Shown here: piece by piece, positions 62,661 to 64,000 of the stretch | Position numbering within the stretch: position 1 is the stretch's first letter | Layout: each line of letters opens with the position of its first letter | NCBI GenBank assembly: GCA_963726745.1 | Contig: CAVSDR010000002.1 | Location: forward strand, 160,001-224,000 | DNA: 64,000 nt | Direction: 5' to 3' | Source: an uncultured Verrucomicrobiae bacterium | GTDB taxonomy: Bacteria > Verrucomicrobiota > Verrucomicrobiia > Chthoniobacterales > UBA10450 | Notes under the pieces: model-generated | What the model was told of the DNA's origin: nothing | Databases searched by the model: none | Seen by the model: the letters and a program-made list of their open reading frames with translations, nothing else | Translations under genes and position numbers: made by a program

Positions 62661-63584
62661 TCACGCGTTAGCCCTAATTTTGTTAAGCCGTCCCTGAACG
62701 AAAGGAAAATCACAGGGAGAAATGGATGATTGAAGTTTTGCAAACTCAATCGTGGTAATCATCTTAGCGATCATCGCCTCGTGGATGAGATTCACGCTGT
62801 CGGCTATTTGCTGCAGTGAACTAAAGATACCGCGCGCATCGATTTGCGAGCTCAGGAATGTGTCAATGTCCCGGTAGTTCGCCTTGATTCGCTTTCTATA
62901 GAGCAAGCTTAGGAGAGACGTCCGGCCGAGGCGCTCTGAAACCTGTAACCAATCGTGTTGATCGAACTCACGCTTCCGTTTTCCTCCTTTAGTAACAAGT
63001 TTCAAATCTTTCTTCTTTTCGCCCAGATTCTGCTTCCGCGTTCCACTAAGAAAGCAAGCAATCATCTTGTCGGCTGTTTCCAAGTTGTACGGTTTGGTAA
63101 GCGTCGAGAATCCCGAGTCATGCAGAACTCCGCTGAAAATGCATGGTCTTCCAGATGCGAAGAAAGAGACCGACTGAGGATATTTCCCCTGCGCGACAAG
63201 CGAACCAAATTTTCGAATAACAGATGTATGGGACGATTCTGTGTATCCAGCGACTTTGAAATAGCCCAAGGCGATCGAGTAAATTGAGTAGTACGCCATA
63301 GGAAAACCCCACTGGAGGCCACTCTGCAAAGCATCAGCCGTTAGATTGGTGGCAGTCATTCGCAGCATTCGCTCTGTGTTCCAGCCATTGATTAAGTAAT
63401 TCTTAATCTCGCCTACATCAGCAGGCTGGCGAGGCGACAGTGAAAGGAAATGAGGTAGCTGGCGCAGTTCGCTCAGAACAGCATCGGGTTGAATCTTAAT
63501 CGCAAGCGCAGCAAACTCGTTGTTGGTGGTAATTGCAGCGTGATCCCGCTCGTCATAGATAGACTGTCCGATGATAAGAGGCAC
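62661..63584 (-). CDS. Hypothetical protein with HEPN-like motifs
   Basis: AYYSIY, SHTSVI and LYRKRIKANY segments resemble HEPN helices; lower GC than the rest of the window. Confidence 0.55.
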   Translation of the reverse strand: MPLIIGQSIYDERDHAAITTNNEFAALAIKIQPDAVLSELRQLPHFLSLSPRQPADVGEIKNYLINGWNTERMLRMTATNLTADALQSGLQWGFPMAYYSIYSIALGYFKVAGYTESSHTSVIRKFGSLVAQGKYPQSVSFFASGRPCIFSGVLHDSGFSTLTKPYNLETADKMIACFLSGTRKQNLGEKKKDLKLVTKGGKRKREFDQHDWLQVSERLGRTSLLSLLYRKRIKANYRDIDTFLSSQIDARGIFSSLQQIADSVNLIHEAMIAKMITTIEFAKLQSSISPCDFPFVQGRLNKIRANA

Positions 63585-63657
63585 AATAACTTCGATCTTG
63601 GGCTAGGCGGCAACGCAACAGCGCGATTAGGGTTGGACCTATTGTAATGAATGATCG

Positions 63658-64000
63658 CTAGACCAATAATCCAACTAAAGTGGCGTTGACGTTCGTCTTA
63701 ACGATACTCGCCTGTTCAGGCACGAGGAGTTCAGAATTGGCCAATGCGAAGATTAAGTAGTCGAGAATAGCGACTACTTTTACATCGCCGGCGTGTTCCA
63801 AAAACTCGCGGTAGAACGGATGCTCACGATTATAGGTGACGGTGATCGTGCGACCCTCCTGCCTAACTAAATAGAACGGGCTTTGTTCTCCGTAATCCCC
63901 TTCGTCAAAAGCGACCTTCAGCCCCGAAACAGTTCGCAGATCCGTCACGTGTGCGGTGCGCGATTTATCGCCGGTTCCAGCCGAGTGCGTGCCTTTGCGT
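63658..64000 (-). CDS. C-terminal fragment of a larger protein, possibly a MORC/GHKL-type ATPase
   Basis: Frame open to the window end; ITVTYNREHPFYREF resembles the 'N..HPFY' C-terminal motif of prokaryotic MORC-like ATPases. Confidence 0.45.
   Translation of the reverse strand, partial: RKGTHSAGTGDKSRTAHVTDLRTVSGLKVAFDEGDYGEQSPFYLVRQEGRTITVTYNREHPFYREFLEHAGDVKVVAILDYLIFALANSELLVPEQASIVKTNVNATLVGLLV

Overview
GC-rich bacterial chromosomal segment. The protein families and the repeated 'NISSR/NLSTRG..VGTGDNV.I.GFI' secreted domain suggest Verrucomicrobiota, probably Spartobacteria/Chthoniobacterales (inference). It carries a split, divergently arranged 'two-NuoM' complex I-like locus without nuoEFG: nuoABCD and nuoI on the minus strand, nuoHJKL-M1-M2-N on the plus strand. 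Also present are gdhA, glgA, obgE, a full F1Fo atp operon, lpxI, tRNA-Ala(GGC), several secreted/PEP-CTERM proteins, two amidases, M3 and M13 peptidases, a TPR-DUF4331-HupE/UreJ cluster, TPP riboswitch-thiC, and a lower-GC toxin-antitoxin/defence-like right edge. Many core genes contain single-base frameshifts, most likely assembly errors. The strongest unexplained signal is a non-palindromic motif, CTCGTTAGGC / GCCTAACGAG (7-mer core TCGTTAG). By hand count it occurs about 40 times, in both orientations, inside core genes and at stop codons, but not in the accessory-looking blocks, which resembles a DNA-uptake-sequence or genome self-signature. Other highlights: an ORF with an internal PEP-CTERM followed by a second signal peptide, a single-chain triple-Skp protein, a REP-like palindrome cluster inserted in frame in thiC, and a dispersed ~65-70 bp hairpin element in two copies.
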